Shown here: positions 49,238 to 63,274 of the stretch, piece by piece
Layout of the letters: each line of letters begins with the position of its first letter
Position numbering within the stretch: the stretch's first letter is position 1
Assembly: GCA_951406725.2 (NCBI GenBank)
Contig: OX597836.1
Span: 48,546,001-48,610,000, forward strand
Source of the DNA: Octopus vulgaris
Taxonomy: Eukaryota
Direction of reading: 5' to 3'
DNA length: 64,000 nucleotides
Made by a program: the position numbers and the translations under genes
Notes under the pieces: generated by a model
The model's input: only the letters and a program-made list of their open reading frames with translations
Told to the model about the DNA's origin: nothing
Databases searched by the model: none

Positions 49238-49644
49238 AACAACAAACAAGATGAAGACAAATATCCGTCAAATGTAAATAATGTAAATAATTCCTCTTCT
49301 CTTAAATATAGAACAGCTTTCATTAGCTTAACCACATTCTTTCTTGAGGCTGGGTAACATTCTTAGATTCAAGTGGATTCAGCTGTTATTAGCCATATAA
49401 GAAGCCATTCAGCAGTCTCACTGCATAGTAAGTGCAATGGAACTGGTTTAGAGAGTATTCTTGGCCAATATGCTAATTAGGTGGCACCATGTGTATTTCA
49501 TAAAAGCAGCTTATAATATATTTATGTGTGTATATATATTTTATGCATGCACACACACACACACACATACATACATGCATACACATATATATATGTACAT
49601 GTACACACACACACACACATATACACATATCTATACACACATAT

Positions 49645-49970
49645 TGTTGTCATTTGACATCTGTTGTCCATGCTGGCATGGGTTGGACAGTTTGACGAGA
49701 GCTGGCAAGCTGAGGGATCTGCACCATACTCCAGTCTGATTTGGCAGGGTTTCTATGGCTGGATGGCCCTTCCTAACACCAACCCCTTTACAGAGTAGTA
49801 TGCTGGGTGCTTCTGTGTGGCGCCACACAGGCTCTGTTGCATGGGACACTTTTATGTGACACCACCTGAGCAACTGGTCTTCAACACTTCTGCTCAAGAG
49901 CATTGGTCTTCTTGAGTACAGCAAGGTGCCAGGCATCTTGGTCCTTTGTAATCTCACCTGAAAGGTGAGG
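49645..49970 (-). mobile_element. RTE-type 3' tail
   Basis: Reverse complement of the shared tail; further minus copies at about 16740, 17960, 37105, 42880, 46320 and 58430. Confidence 0.75.
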
Positions 49971-51303
49971 TATTGCTGTGATACATACACGCACACACAC
50001 ACATTCTCTCTCTCCCCCCAATTTGGTAAAAACTCTGGTAGTTTTAGTGCCAATGGGAAGGTTTTGATGGATGTTGGACTAAGTTGTGCTGATGGGTTCC
50101 TTGAACCTGGTTTGCTTTATTTGAGGAAAATATCAAATGTTTTGTTGGTTCCGTTTTTAATTCTTAAACTTCCCCACAGACTTATTAAGCTTCTTACAAT
50201 GACCAGAACCTGGCTGAGATTGGTGGAACCTTACAAATATTTAGTTGGAGCCTTTTAGCTTTTAATTTCAAAACGTTCTGAATGTTTACTTCACCTGTTA
50301 TCTTCCCAGTGTCACAAAAGTCCTTTTTTTTTTTAGTGTCCTTTCAAAACATTATGTGGTCTCATGTGTATGTACATGGAAGTGTGTTACACAGTGGTTA
50401 GGCAATTGTACTTGTGATAGCTAGGTCATGGTTTCAATACTCAGACCAGGTGGTGCATTGTGTTCCTGAACAAAACACTTCGTTTCATGTTATTCCAGTC
50501 CACTTGGCTGTAAACGAGTCACCCTTCAACAGATTGGTGCCTCGTTCAAGGGGAATGTTGTGATCTCAGTCACTTGTATCCATGGAAACCGTGTAGCCAG
50601 TTCCAGGGGTCTAAGGGCTCGAGACAATAGTGTTCAAGGGTTGACATTTACCAGGCGTGTATTTCTGGAAGATGGAACGATTGGTAGAATCCTTAATGAG
50701 TCAGAGAAAAGGTCTCCTGTATTTAGTTGCAGCACTTAATGTTCTGATTTCAAATATCTCCAAAGGCCAAGCCTTTCATTCCCCTAGGCAAAAGGAAAAG
50801 AGAAGTAAAAACCCCACTGCACAGTCATTTACTGGGGTTGGGTCGAGGGACAAACTCCTTCCCCACCAAATTTAAGCCCTAGAAACTACTGTCATCATCA
50901 TTATAAGAAAGAAGAGTAGATTGGTAAAATCGGTTAAGCAATGCCCTAAACGCTTTGAGAGTTCAAATCCCTGTAGGTAAACGTTTGTTCCTGGGAAGTT
51001 GATATAATTGATCCAGCAAGGGATTCTAACCTAAAACTAAAACCAATAATTGCAACAACGGAAGTGATTTCATGTTTGAAACAACACCACAAACTTTTTA
51101 GGGGGCAAAGAATTGAAGCATCAATCCCTCCTTCACTTTTTCTTCTATATTTATAGTTTGATGTAGAAGAAGGGGGCTGCTGCCCCGCTTGTGATATAAC
51201 AACTGTTTTTTTTACAAAATGCCATCAAACAGAAGTATATCTAAACCAAACAGGATTTGAAACTGAACGAACAACCTTGATGAATTACAAAATGGAGAAC
51301 TTA

Positions 51304-51691
51304 GGCGCAGGAGTGGCTGTGTGGTAAGATGCTTGTTTACCAACCACATGGTTCCGGGTTCAGTCCCACTGCGTAGCACCTTGGGCAAGTGTCTTCTACT
51401 ATGGCCTTGGGCCGACCAAAGCCTTGTGAGTGGATTTGGTAGACGGAAACTGAAAGAAGCCCGTCGTATATATGTATATATGTGTGTGCGTGTATGTTTG
51501 TGTTTGTCCCCCTAGCATTGCTTGACAACCGATGCTGGTGTGCTTATGTCCCCGTCACTTAGCGGTTTGGCAAAAGAGACCAATAGAATAAGTACTGGGC
51601 TTACAAAGAATAAGTCCCGGGGTCGAGTTGCTCGATTAAAAGGCGGTGCTCCAGCATGGCCGCAGTCAAATGACTGAAACAAGTAAAAGAG
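51304..51691 (+). mobile_element. Family A SINE, full length and young
   Basis: GGCGCAGGAGTGGCTGTGTGGTAAG...GGGTTCAGTCCCACTGCG...AAGTAAAAGAG; near-identical to 59563-59970. Confidence 0.92.
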
Positions 51692-52669
51692 AAACTTTTC
51701 TGGTTTTCCTTCATTATTGTTAGTATTATTATTATTTCTTTTGTTGTTTTATTGTCCTGGTTGATGCCATTATAATTGCCATCCGTGTGGGGACCTGCTC
51801 TTGTGTCTGATTTTGTGGTGTTCATTTACCATTTTTGGGGTCTCTGAAGAAGGGTTGTAGCTCAGTACCCAACCACTGCCTCTTCCTCAGTTTGAACCCA
51901 TCACTGCACACCCCCTAGTCAGCCTCGTTTTTGTTAGAGGTGTGAACTATTGTGGTCATTGTAACAGCATCTAAAGCCAGGTGGTCATTGTGCATCTAAT
52001 GCAGAGCTGGGGACTGGTTCTTCAGGGGCCTCCCTGACTTAGCAGCCTTCTGCTATGTTTAAGAAGGGAAAGAACAGAAGTGGTGTATATTGGATTGACA
52101 CCACACTATTATATTGTTGGTTGATATTTTTTTATCAAGTGGAGAGAGTTGCAAGTGGCAGTGTGATCTGCCAGAAGAATGAACACACCATGTCCTGCCT
52201 TCATACATCCTCACTTGAATATAATGACTAGATTTTGTTAATTAATTTTTGTTGGAAGCCAAGTTATAACAGTGACCCATCACACAGACACAAAGCAGAC
52301 ACAGGAATGCAGCCGACTGGACTGTCCTGTCTCCTCTATCATCACAACCAACTGCCACCTCATGCACCTGCCTCTCCTCCTCCTTGTCTCCATAGAGCCT
52401 TCTTCTTATCCACCATGATCTGCCTCTCAACAAAATCCTGCATTAAACTCTTCACCTTATTCCTTCTTACCTCAATAGTTGGAACCCCATCCCTTGCCCT
52501 CAGCTGAACAGAACCATACCAGTCTGCTGTGTGGAAATGGGTTCACAAAATTACAAGCACTGGCTCCCTTCCACCTTTCTATGATAGGCACAAACCTTGG
52601 GGATTTTTTTTTTTTTTTAGTTTGTTGGTAGGGTTTAGTTAATGACATCGAGCCTGAGTATTCATCTGG

Positions 52670-55600
52670 TCTTTGTTTTATCAACCCTGAAAGGATGAAA
52701 GGCAAAGTCTATCTCAGCAGAGATACATTAAGTCAGAAGAAATGCCATGAAGCATTTCGTCCAGATCACTGCCTTAGAAGACTAGAAAATAATGGTTTCA
52801 AGTTTTGCCACAAGGGGGGGGGGTCGATTACGTTGACCCCAGTGTTCGACTGGTACTTAATTTATTGACCCTGAAAGGATGAAGGGCAAAGTCAACCTCG
52901 GCAGAATTTGAACTCACAATGGAGCAACGGACGATATACCGCTAAGCATTTCGTCCAGCATGTTAACGATTCTACGAGCTCGTCACCTTTATTATAATAT
53001 TAATAATAATGATTTGTCCCTGCAGAGACAGAGTGTCTCAAATGTGTGCGTGTGTGGCAAAGTAACAGTCAATAATATTAACCCCAGTACTTTACTAGTA
53101 TTTCATTTTATTGTCCCACAGAAGGATGAAAAGCAAAGTTGGCATTGGCTGGATTTGAAATCAGACTATAGATTTGGAACAAATATTGTGAGATATAAGT
53201 AGAAGTATAAAGGGACATAACTCTATTAAGTGCAGCCCTTCACTGTTTCTGTTGCTTGTTGGAAATATTCATTGCATAGATACGAGGGAGAAGGGGATTG
53301 GGGTCATGGGATACGACGTTGGAATTAGTCACATAATTAGACTAGTAAAGAAATGGAAATTCTAGATGTGGTTTTTTAAGGACAACCATTTAATTGTAGA
53401 ATTTGTCTTGATTCACTGAGCTATGAGAGGAAATGAGAAGCATTTGTGTGGTGCTTGCCTATGTATGGCTGGGTGTGTGTGTGGGTGAGAAAGGAGGGGT
53501 GGCGACCCATTGATGGATACTTGTGATCACAAAATGTCGTGTAAACATTCTATGATCTTATGAACACTGGTGTGTGACGTTGAAATAGATATTTATCTTT
53601 GTATGTTGTTGTTATTGTTGATGTTTAGTCCCAGTTCAACTCTGAGCAGACCAATGATCAACACCATTCCAGCTGTGGCCATCCTGTCTTTGGAGTTTGA
53701 TTTGCAGGAGATTTGGCTGCTGTTTCTAGCAGATTGCATGGTCACTTAGGGGGCTCCTTCATTGGTTTATATCTTGGTCAGCAGCTGGTGTTGGTATTGT
53801 GAGGATGTTTGGTATTAAAATATATTCTCTGAAGACAATAAAAAAATTTGTAAAAATCTACTGGGCTCACTTAAAACTTTTGGCTTTATGAGAAATTAAG
53901 TGTTTAAAATAAATTTTATAAAGAAACATATGTTCAAATAATTTTTAAAAACATATTCAATATACGCATGCACACACACACACACACACACACACAAGTA
54001 TGTGTATGTGCAGGCATTGCTGTGTGGTTAAACTTACCGTTTTTGATAAAAAGAGGCTGATAAAATACGCTCCAGGATATTTTGCTTGACTAAACTCTTC
54101 ATCAGGATCCAGTGAGTGAAACACATTCGAAAATAACGGAAATTATTATTATTATTATTATTATTCATTTGAACATCTGGTTTTCCAACACCTCCCCCAC
54201 TTCTCCTGCTCCTTCATTGTATTCCGATGGTGGAGTTGTTGTCTGAGGTGGACTTATCACCATTTTCCTCCCATATTCTTCCACAGATTCCTTCCACTTG
54301 TATTTCTCCCCCTCCCCTCTTTACTCAACTCCAACCCTCTCTCCATACCCACCTCAGCCTTTTCCCCATACTGCATCACAGATCATTTCTTTTCAACGCA
54401 TTTCATCTCTTGATCGTTGGTTAAAAAGCAGAATGGGTAGAGCATCCAGAATAACTGCCAGTGTTGATGAAATAGGTCCTAATTAGAGACTGGGGTTGTC
54501 CTGTACCCAGTTGATTAGGATCAATAATGTATCAAAGAAATATTTCTGTTCTTCACATTCTGAGTTCAAATCCTGTTCAGGCCATCTTTGCCTTTTTTTC
54601 CCTCTCAAGAGTCAATAAAATAAAAGTACCAAAGTAATTAATGCCTTGTGCCTAATTTAGAAACAATCCTTGTTAACGACAGTGGACTGACAGAATCCCT
54701 ACAACCCCGGAAAGAAATACTTTTTTTTTTTTGCTTTTTCTCTATTTTCTCTTCTCCAGCCTTAGGACTCTTGGGAGACCAGTTTCCATGGTGACTGAGA
54801 TTACAATCACTCGCCCCCCCTCCCCCTTCCCACTCCAAGTATTGCAAGATTCAAAGCCAACAATTTGGTGGGGGGTATGTTGATTACACCCACCCTAGTA
54901 TTCAACTGGTACTTTATTTGATTGACCCTGTTGGGGTGAAAGGTGAACCTAGTTTTGGCAGGATTTGAACTGAGAATATAGAGAGGCTGGAGCAATGGTG
55001 CCAAGCGTTTTCTCCATTCTACAGACAATTTTGCCAGCTTATTGCCTTCTGCTAATATTACATCCGGCTTTTTTATGTTCCAAGGACAGCTTTGATTAAA
55101 GTACCAGTTATATACTGAGGATGATATAGGCCATTGTCTTCCCTCCCCCTCCCCTTACTTATAGCTTTGTGTCTGTATTAGAAATCATTGCCATGATGAT
55201 GATGAAATTCTAACCAATTACAGAATTGACAAAATGTTGGAATAATTGTGTTGCAGTGCTTTAGTTATGAAAAGGAGAAAAGATAATCCCCAGTGATGTG
55301 TTCTTTCCTTATTTTCCTTTGTTATGTTGTCCCATGCATTTGTCTATGAAGTTGCAGGCCTCCTTGTTAAAACCCGTTATCATTTTTGGCAAAAGGGACA
55401 TTTCTTTCTCACAGTGCAACATAATTGAAGAGGAGGAGGAGGAGACTCACCCCGCAGTTCTAGATTGGAACTTTATTTAATCAAACACAGAAATCCCTGA
55501 AAGACCAAAGTTGACCAGAACAGGATTTAAACCCAGAACAGAGAACTGGGAAAAAAATATCACAAAGCCTTCTGTTTGATGCTCTAAGGACACTGGTCAG

Positions 55601-57610
55601 TATGTAGGCTTAGTCATATAGAGAGCTTAATTAAATGACCACTGCTTCACAACTCCCACTTCTGGCAGAAATGGTAGCACGCCGGGCGAAATGCTGAGCA
55701 GTATTTTGTCTGCTGTTACGTTCTGAGTTCAAATTCCACCAAGGTCGACTTTGCCTTTCATCCTTTCGGGGTCGATAAATTAAGTACCAGTTACACTCTG
55801 GGGTTGATTTAATTGAACTAATCCCTTTGTCTGTCTTTGTTTAGCCTCTTGTGGGCAATAAAGAAATAAGAATTGTTTGCATTCCTGGAGAGAAACCCTT
55901 AATGGCATTTCTTCTGACCTTTAAGGCCCTCATGCTTTCCGAAATCCGCCGAAACTACACCTGATTATATATACACTTTAGATGAGTTGTAGTGCACCTG
56001 AGCACTGTACACAATTATTATTATTATTATTCTGGGCTCAAATGCTGGGGGGGGTGTCAACTTTACATTTTATCCATTTGGGGTTGATAGAATATGTACC
56101 AGCTGAGCACTGGGCTTGATTCATAGAAGAAAGGGTCATTATTATTGTTAACGAGCAGTAGTTTGGCAAAATTGTTTGAGTTTTGGAACAAATTTTGTGG
56201 CAGCTCTTCTGTGTTCTGAGGTCAACTTTTCCTTTCATCCATTCAGGGACAATAAAACAAAGTATGAATCAAGTACAGGGGTCAATGCCAACAACTAACC
56301 CTTTCCCTCTAAAACTGTTGGCTTTATACCAAAACTTGAAACAATCCAGAATCCATGCTTAACAAGACTGCTTTTGGTTTCTTAGATTCCGAGTTCAAAT
56401 ACCACTGGAGTCACCAATTATCTCTTCAAGGGGTCATTAAAATGAAAGTACCACCCCAGTACTAAATTCAATGCGACTGACTGCTCCCTCTCCCCTCAGA
56501 ATTGCTGGCGTTGTGCCAAAATTTGAAAGACTGGTAGAATCCTTAGGGTGCCAGGCAAAATGCTTCAGTAATTTCCTCTGGCTTTACGTTCTGAGTTCAA
56601 ATTCCTCCAAGGTCGACTTTGCCTTTTATCCTTTTGGGATACTATAGGCACAAGGCTTGGATTTTGTGGGGTTGGGCATGGTCAATCACATTGACCCCCC
56701 CAATATTCAACTGGTTCTTGAATTATTGACCCTGAAAAGATGAAAGGTAAAGCTAACCTTGGTGAAATTTGAACTCAGAATGTAGCGGCAGACAAAAAAT
56801 GCCACTAAGCATTTCGCCCAGAATGCTAATGATTCAGCCAGCTCCCAACCTTAATAATAATAATAATAATAATAATAATCCCTTAGGCACAAGGCCTGAA
56901 TTTTCTTTTCTTTTTTCTTTTTTTTTTTGTGGGAACGGGGACAATTGATTGCATTGACCCCATTGCTTGACTGGTTCTTAATTTATCAACCCCAAAAGGA
57001 TGAAAGGCAAAGTTGACCTTTGGAGTTTGAACTCAGAATGTAGTGACAGGTAAAATACTGCTAACCATTTCACCCACCGTGCTAACGATTCTGCCAGCTC
57101 AATGCCTTATGATAATAATAATGATGATGATGATGATGATGATGATAATTAAATGCCACTAATCCTTTTGTCTGATGCACTAACAATTCTGCCAATCTGG
57201 TGCTAATTATAATTATACTCCTTTCCACTCTAGGCACAAGGCCTGAAATTTTGATGAAACGGGGTTAGTTGATTACATTGGTCCCCAGTATATAACTGGT
57301 ACTTATTTCATCAACCCTGAAAGGATGAAAGGCAAAATTTGAACTCAGAATGTAAAGATGAATAAAATACCACTAAGCGTGCTGACAATTCTGCCAGCTC
57401 ACGGCTTTAGAAATAATAATAATAATAATTATTATTATTTCTAACTTAGACACAAAGCCACATTTTGAGAAGGGATTAACTTGATCCTCAGTACTTGGTT
57501 GTGCTTTATTATATTGTGCCCCAGAAGTTGAAAGGCAAAGTTTACCTTGGTGGGATTTGAACTCAAAACATAAGGCATCAGAATAAATGCTGGTGAGGAT
57601 TCTGTCCACC
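52670..57610. mobile_element. Cluster of more than 10 family B SINE copies and fragments in both orientations
   Basis: Repeated GAGTTCAAATTCC..GGTCGACTTTGCCTTTCATCC core and its reverse complement. Confidence 0.8.
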
Positions 57611-59499
57611 ATGGCAATGGTTCTGTCAGTTTCCTGGATATCAATGGTTATAATGGTAATGTCTGTAATCTGCTTGGAGGCACTGTGCCTCCATCAGCAA
57701 TTGGCTCCTTGGAGAGTAGACGTCTTTAAAGAAAACCTGCCAAGTCAACTTAGTGGTGGAGGGCAGAAGAGGAGAGGAGAATGTTGGAGTTAATGCCCTG
57801 TGGTATTTTGTTGCATCCCTTACATATTCTCTGCACTGTATGAGGGTGGACAGTTGCTTTGCACTTTTCATCCCTCAAATGCTCATAAGCACTACTTTAA
57901 CAGGTTGGGTAGTAGTAGCATGGCCAGAGTCTAATATCTGAAGCCAGTCACATAAAAGAAAAAGAAAGATATATTTACCCTTAATATACAGGAAGGCAAT
58001 GCTGTAGCTTGGCCTTAGTCGTGTTGGCTAAAAGTAACTAAAGAGAGAGCATACACAAAATAGGAATAAAATCAAAGGAAAAATGAGAGAAAAAATACAA
58101 AAAAAAATTGGTCGCTCGAAAGAAATGAATTGGTTCCTGCTAATAACATTAGTTGGTAGGGATTTTTTTAATGTTTTGTATTTTGTTTTCACTTCTGTCC
58201 ATCATCATCATCACCTGGTGTAACTCAACCAACAAAGAAGTTTCTCTTTGTTTTTTTTTTCTTTTTTGCTGGGAACTTGTTTTCTGGAAATTAAACAAAA
58301 TGGAATTCCATTCTATCCTTGGTTACCTTTTTTTTTTCCCCTGACACACTCTGTCTCTTTCTGCCACCCCCAAAACTTTCATTTGATCTCTCTCTCCTTG
58401 TCATGTGTGTGTGTATATATATATATAATCATCATCATCATCGTTTAACATCTTTGTTCCATCCTGTCGTGGATCGGACAGTTTAGCAGGGTCTGATGCA
58501 GCCAAGAACTGCCCCCTGCTCCAGTTATCTGCATTGGTCTGGTTTCTAAGACTGGAGGCCCCTCTTAATGCCAACCATTTCATAGCATTAATGAGGTCCC
58601 CATGTAGCTTGCATGGAGATAGCAAATCCACACACTCCATCCTTGCTTTAATGCTTACTTTCCCACATTAACAGGAGTTAGATGAGGTTTGGTTGAGGTG
58701 GAAGTTTTCTACAGACTGATGCTGACCCTGCCCTCTCTTCAAGCAAGGTCAAACATCCTTCAGTCTATCAAACAACAAACGACTCAGACATGCTTCCCAC
58801 ATAGAACTGCAAACATCCCTGTTTGTATGTGTGTCCAACGTACATATGGAAACAAGGTGGGATATACACCCAGTCTACCATCCATATACATATACGAATA
58901 CATATATAGGTGTGTGTATGTACATATATATATTTGCAGTAGGCATGGCTGTGTGGTAAGAAGTTTCCTTGCCAACCATATGGTTTCAAGTTCAGTTCCA
59001 CTCTGTGGCACCTTTGTCCAGTGACTTCTATTGCCCCATGCCTTTCAGTTTCTGTCTGCTAAAAGACAGACAGAACCTGGAAGAAGTCCTTTCTATGTTT
59101 GTGTGTGTGTTGTCTCCTTGTCTTGACATTGCATGGATAAGTTGTAAACAAATGTTATTGTCATGCTTATGGAATTCTTTCATGGGAAACCTGTCTGTTC
59201 TTGGGGAAATATTACCTTGCTAGGGAACAGGTGAGGGTTTGTGACAGGTAGGGCGTCCAGCCGTAGAGTATCTGCCCTAACAAATTCTGTCTGTCTGATG
59301 TGAGGAAGGAGAAGTAGATGTGAAAATGATGATGAGGATGGCACAAGTTTTTAGATGGATAAATAGTTGAGCATTGGTTTCTATCAAAACTCGCTCCCCA
59401 AATTTTGTTCTAATCCACAGCTTTAGTAAAGAACAATGGGAGGAGGAGATCTCAAAGCAAGTGGTTTTGAAATGACATTCTTCACTACACAGGCATCAG

Positions 59500-59562
<63 letters not shown>

Positions 59563-59564
<2 letters not shown>

Positions 59565-59970
59565 CGCAAGAGTGGCTGTGTGGTAAGTAGCTTGTCTACC
59601 AACCACATCATTCCGGGTTCAGTCCCACTGCGTGGAACCTTGGGCAAGTGTCTTCTACTATAGCCTCGGGCTGACCAAAGCCTTGTGAGTGGATTTGGTA
59701 GACGGAAACTGAAAGAAGTCCGTCGTATATATGTATATATATATATATGTGCGTGTGTGTGTTTGTGTGTCTGTGTTTGTCCCCTAGCATTGCTTGACAA
59801 CCGATGCTGGTGTGTTTACGTCCCCGTTACTTAGCGGTTCGGCAAAAGAGACCGATAGAATAAGTACTGGGCTTAGAAAAGAATAAGTCCCGGGGTCGAG
59901 TTGCTCGATTAAAGGCGGTGCTCCAGCATGGCCGCAGTCAAATGGCTGAAACGAGTAAAAGAGTAAAGAG
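59563..59970 (+). mobile_element. Family A SINE, full length and young
   Basis: Near-identical to 51304-51691; starts immediately after a (TA)n run. Confidence 0.92.
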
Positions 59971-60269
59971 TATATATATATGTGTGTGTATTTATATATG
60001 GTTATGAATGTTTATATACATATGTATAGATATATATGTGTATGCATCTGTCTTTATAATGAAACTGAATGTTCCCCCCACCTCTCTCTCTATGGTAGAG
60101 TCATTTAAAAAACACAAGTCATTTCTTGTCAGTGAATCCCTCCCATTATTTAAAAAATAAACATCAAAATTAAATGCCAGGAATCTTAGGAAAAATAAAG
60201 AATTTCTTTTGCCTTGGTGCAATGTTTTTCTCTTTGTTTTTATTATTTATATATTTTTTAATCCTTCTT

Positions 60270-62385
60270 TCAGTCATGGCCATGCTGGGGCACTGCCATG
60301 GAATGTTTAGTCGAACATTACTGTATTTATTTTGTTGATCTCTTTCTCCAAGTTGCTAATTTACAAGAATGTAAACAAACCCACACTGGTTGCCAAGTGG
60401 TGGTAAGGGGACAAACACTCACAATAGTGTTCCACACAGTTTCCATCTCCCCAATTCACTGACAACCCCAGAATTGAAAGACTTGCCTGAGGTGTCATAG
60501 TGTGAGACTGAACCTGGAACCATGTGCTTGCAAAGTCAGCTTCTTAACCATTCCAGCCATTTCAAGGCAGTGTCTAGAAACTAGTCGTAGACGACTGGGT
60601 GAGCCCCATTCTATGACGTGACCCTGCAAATGGTTACGGAACATCGATTGGCCATGGAAAGATCCATGCTAGGAATATCGTTATTCTTTTATTTGTGTCA
60701 GTCAATGGATTGCAGCCATACTGGAGCACCACCTTCAAGGATTTTAGTCAAACAAATTGACCCCTGGAATTATTTTTGTAAGTCTAGTATTTATTATGTC
60801 AGTTCCTTTTTGTCAAACCACTAAGTTATGGGGATTTAAATACACCAACACTGGTTGTCAAACAATGATGGCAGTGACACAAATGCACACACATATATGT
60901 ATGTATGTGTGTATATATATATATATGATAGCCTTCTTTCAGTTTCTGTCTACCAAATCCACTCACAAGGCTTTGGTTGGCCCAAGGCTACAATAGAAGA
61001 CACTTGCCCAAGGTACCACACAGTGGGACTGAACCTGGAACCATGAGGTTGGGAAGCAAGCTTCTTACCACACAGCCACAGAATGTATTCAAAATGAGAT
61101 AATTGGGGAATGGAGCAGAGTGAACGATGTGACCACACAATACTGAAAGCACGAGTTCTGGTGGGCTGGATATGTCACGTGTGTCTCACAGATACCAGGT
61201 GGACTTGTGTAGTTTCTGAGTGATCAGAACCAGTCAGTTGGAAGGCCTCCACGATGATGGCAAGACATTTGGGTCAAGATGGAAAAGAACAGCGCAGTGA
61301 AGGCAGTTGGAAGCGGATTGTGATCAGCAGTGTGTAACAGTATCTGATGGTCTCGTTGATATTGTGATGGCAGCAGACAAAGCGAGTCAGCATTGGCTCC
61401 TTATATCAAATGCTGAATAAAACTTTTGGAAATCTGGCAGAGTTTGGTGAGTCTGGCTGCTGTGTGGAATGGAGGGAAAAAAATAAAAAGCCTGAAGTGT
61501 TTGGTAAACATCAAGAGGACTTTCTGACCCCTGACCCCATCTCCTGCATTCACTATTACCATTGTTGCTGATGCAGACGACCAACATTTGTTTCTGCGGA
61601 TTTGGGATTTTCAGTAAATTAAGAACTGAAAATGTTTGAGGAAAACAGAAAGGGGATGAAATCCTCCTCTTCATCTTTTATCTTTTCCTTGATTCAGCCA
61701 TTGGACTTGGCCATGCTGGAGCACTGCCTTGAACAGTTTAATCAAACAAACCAACTCTAGCACTTTTACGTCTGGTCCTCATTTGCCAAATGACTAAATT
61801 ATGGGAATGTAAACAAACCAACATCCGTTGTTAAATGTTAGGTATGGGGACAAACATGGACACGAAGATACACATATAATAGGCTTTCACACAGTTTCCA
61901 TCTACTTACAAGGCATTGGTCATCCCAGGGCTATATTGAGAGACACCAGTGGGACTGAACCCTGAACCATGTGGTTCCAAAGCGAACTTCTTAACCCCAC
62001 GGCTACCATGCCTGCAGCTCACTCTCTCTCTCTCTCTCTCTCTCTCAGTCACCAGACTGTGGCCATGCTGGAGCACCACTTTCAAGAATTTTAGTTGGAC
62101 GGATTGACCCCAGTAGTTATTTTATTTTTAAACCTGGTTCTTATTCCATCAGTCTCTTTTGCCAAACTGCTAAGTTATGGGGACATAAACACACCAACAA
62201 CGGTTGTCAAGCAGTGATAGGGGACAAACACATTTATATACAACAGGCTTCTTTCAGTTTCTATCTACAAAATCCACTCATAAGGCTTCAGTCGACCTGG
62301 ATCTATAGTAGAAGACACTTGACTGAGCTGCCATGCAATGGGACTGAACCCAGAACCATGGGGTTGGCAAGCAAACTTCATGCCA
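60270..62385 (-). mobile_element. Four diverged family A SINEs plus a tiny RTE fragment
   Basis: Copies at about 60270-60560, 60685-61080, 61680-62015 and 62046-62385; LAMERSMLGISL (RTE-like) near 60647-60682 on +. Confidence 0.7.
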
Positions 62386-63274
62386 TCACTTTATCGTGCT
62401 GCTACTGTGGAAATCTCTCAAAGTAAATTTGCATGCTAAGGGGGGGGGGGGGAATATGAGCAAGGGGGGACAACTATGCGTCTTTCTTGGTTTATCAAAC
62501 TTCATCAGCTCAGTTTCGTCTGCAGAAGCTTTCCTGATCAGTTGGCAAAGATTTTTACAAATAGCTGAAGAGGTACAAATCATTTCTGTCCAATGTAATT
62601 TGCATAATTAAAAAAAATCCAATGAAGAAAGGGAAATAACTCAATTGGACCAATGACATCATGAGTAAATAAGGGCCTATGCGCACACACACACACATAT
62701 ATCTCTGATGGCTATCCACTCGTGACAGAGGAAAACCTTCACTGACCACTAACATTGTGCACTTAGACAAAATGATCTTTTACACTTGTGACTCTGCTAA
62801 TGACTCACATCTGCACATATTGCAAACCAAGCTTCCTCCATTCACTACAATTTGTTTAAAATCTGCAAGTTTCTTCAAAAATGCCCTCTCCTTCCCCCAC
62901 CTCTTCAACTGGTGGCAATGACAAGCATTGCTTTCCCAACTGACCACCCCTCTCTCCAGGCCTTCAAGAAGGACTATAAAATCCTTGGTTTCTGCTGGGG
63001 GTGCTTTCCACAAGTTCCCCATAGAGCATCTGTTACACACACGTGTGTGTGTGTGATGGATTCTCCCTTCACAGAAGACATTACCTGAACAGGTGCACTC
63101 TGTGCCATACATCAGGTGTCAAAGTGATTGCAAAGCAACAGGAGATGAGGTGCTTTACACCACCTGGTCTAGGAACTGAAACCATGTTCTGGCAATCATG
63201 AGTGCAACCCCCTAACCAGTAGGCCATGGGTCCAATCTCTCTTTCTCTCTCTCTATATATATATACATATATTT

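Larger units (their letters stand above)
48921..49289 (-). mobile_element. tRNA-headed, hammerhead-containing element with inverted terminal copy (Penelope-like)
   Basis: ~116-bp inverted arms 48921-49036 and 49174-49289; Pol III A and B boxes in the spacer on the minus strand; a hammerhead motif in each arm. Confidence 0.75.
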
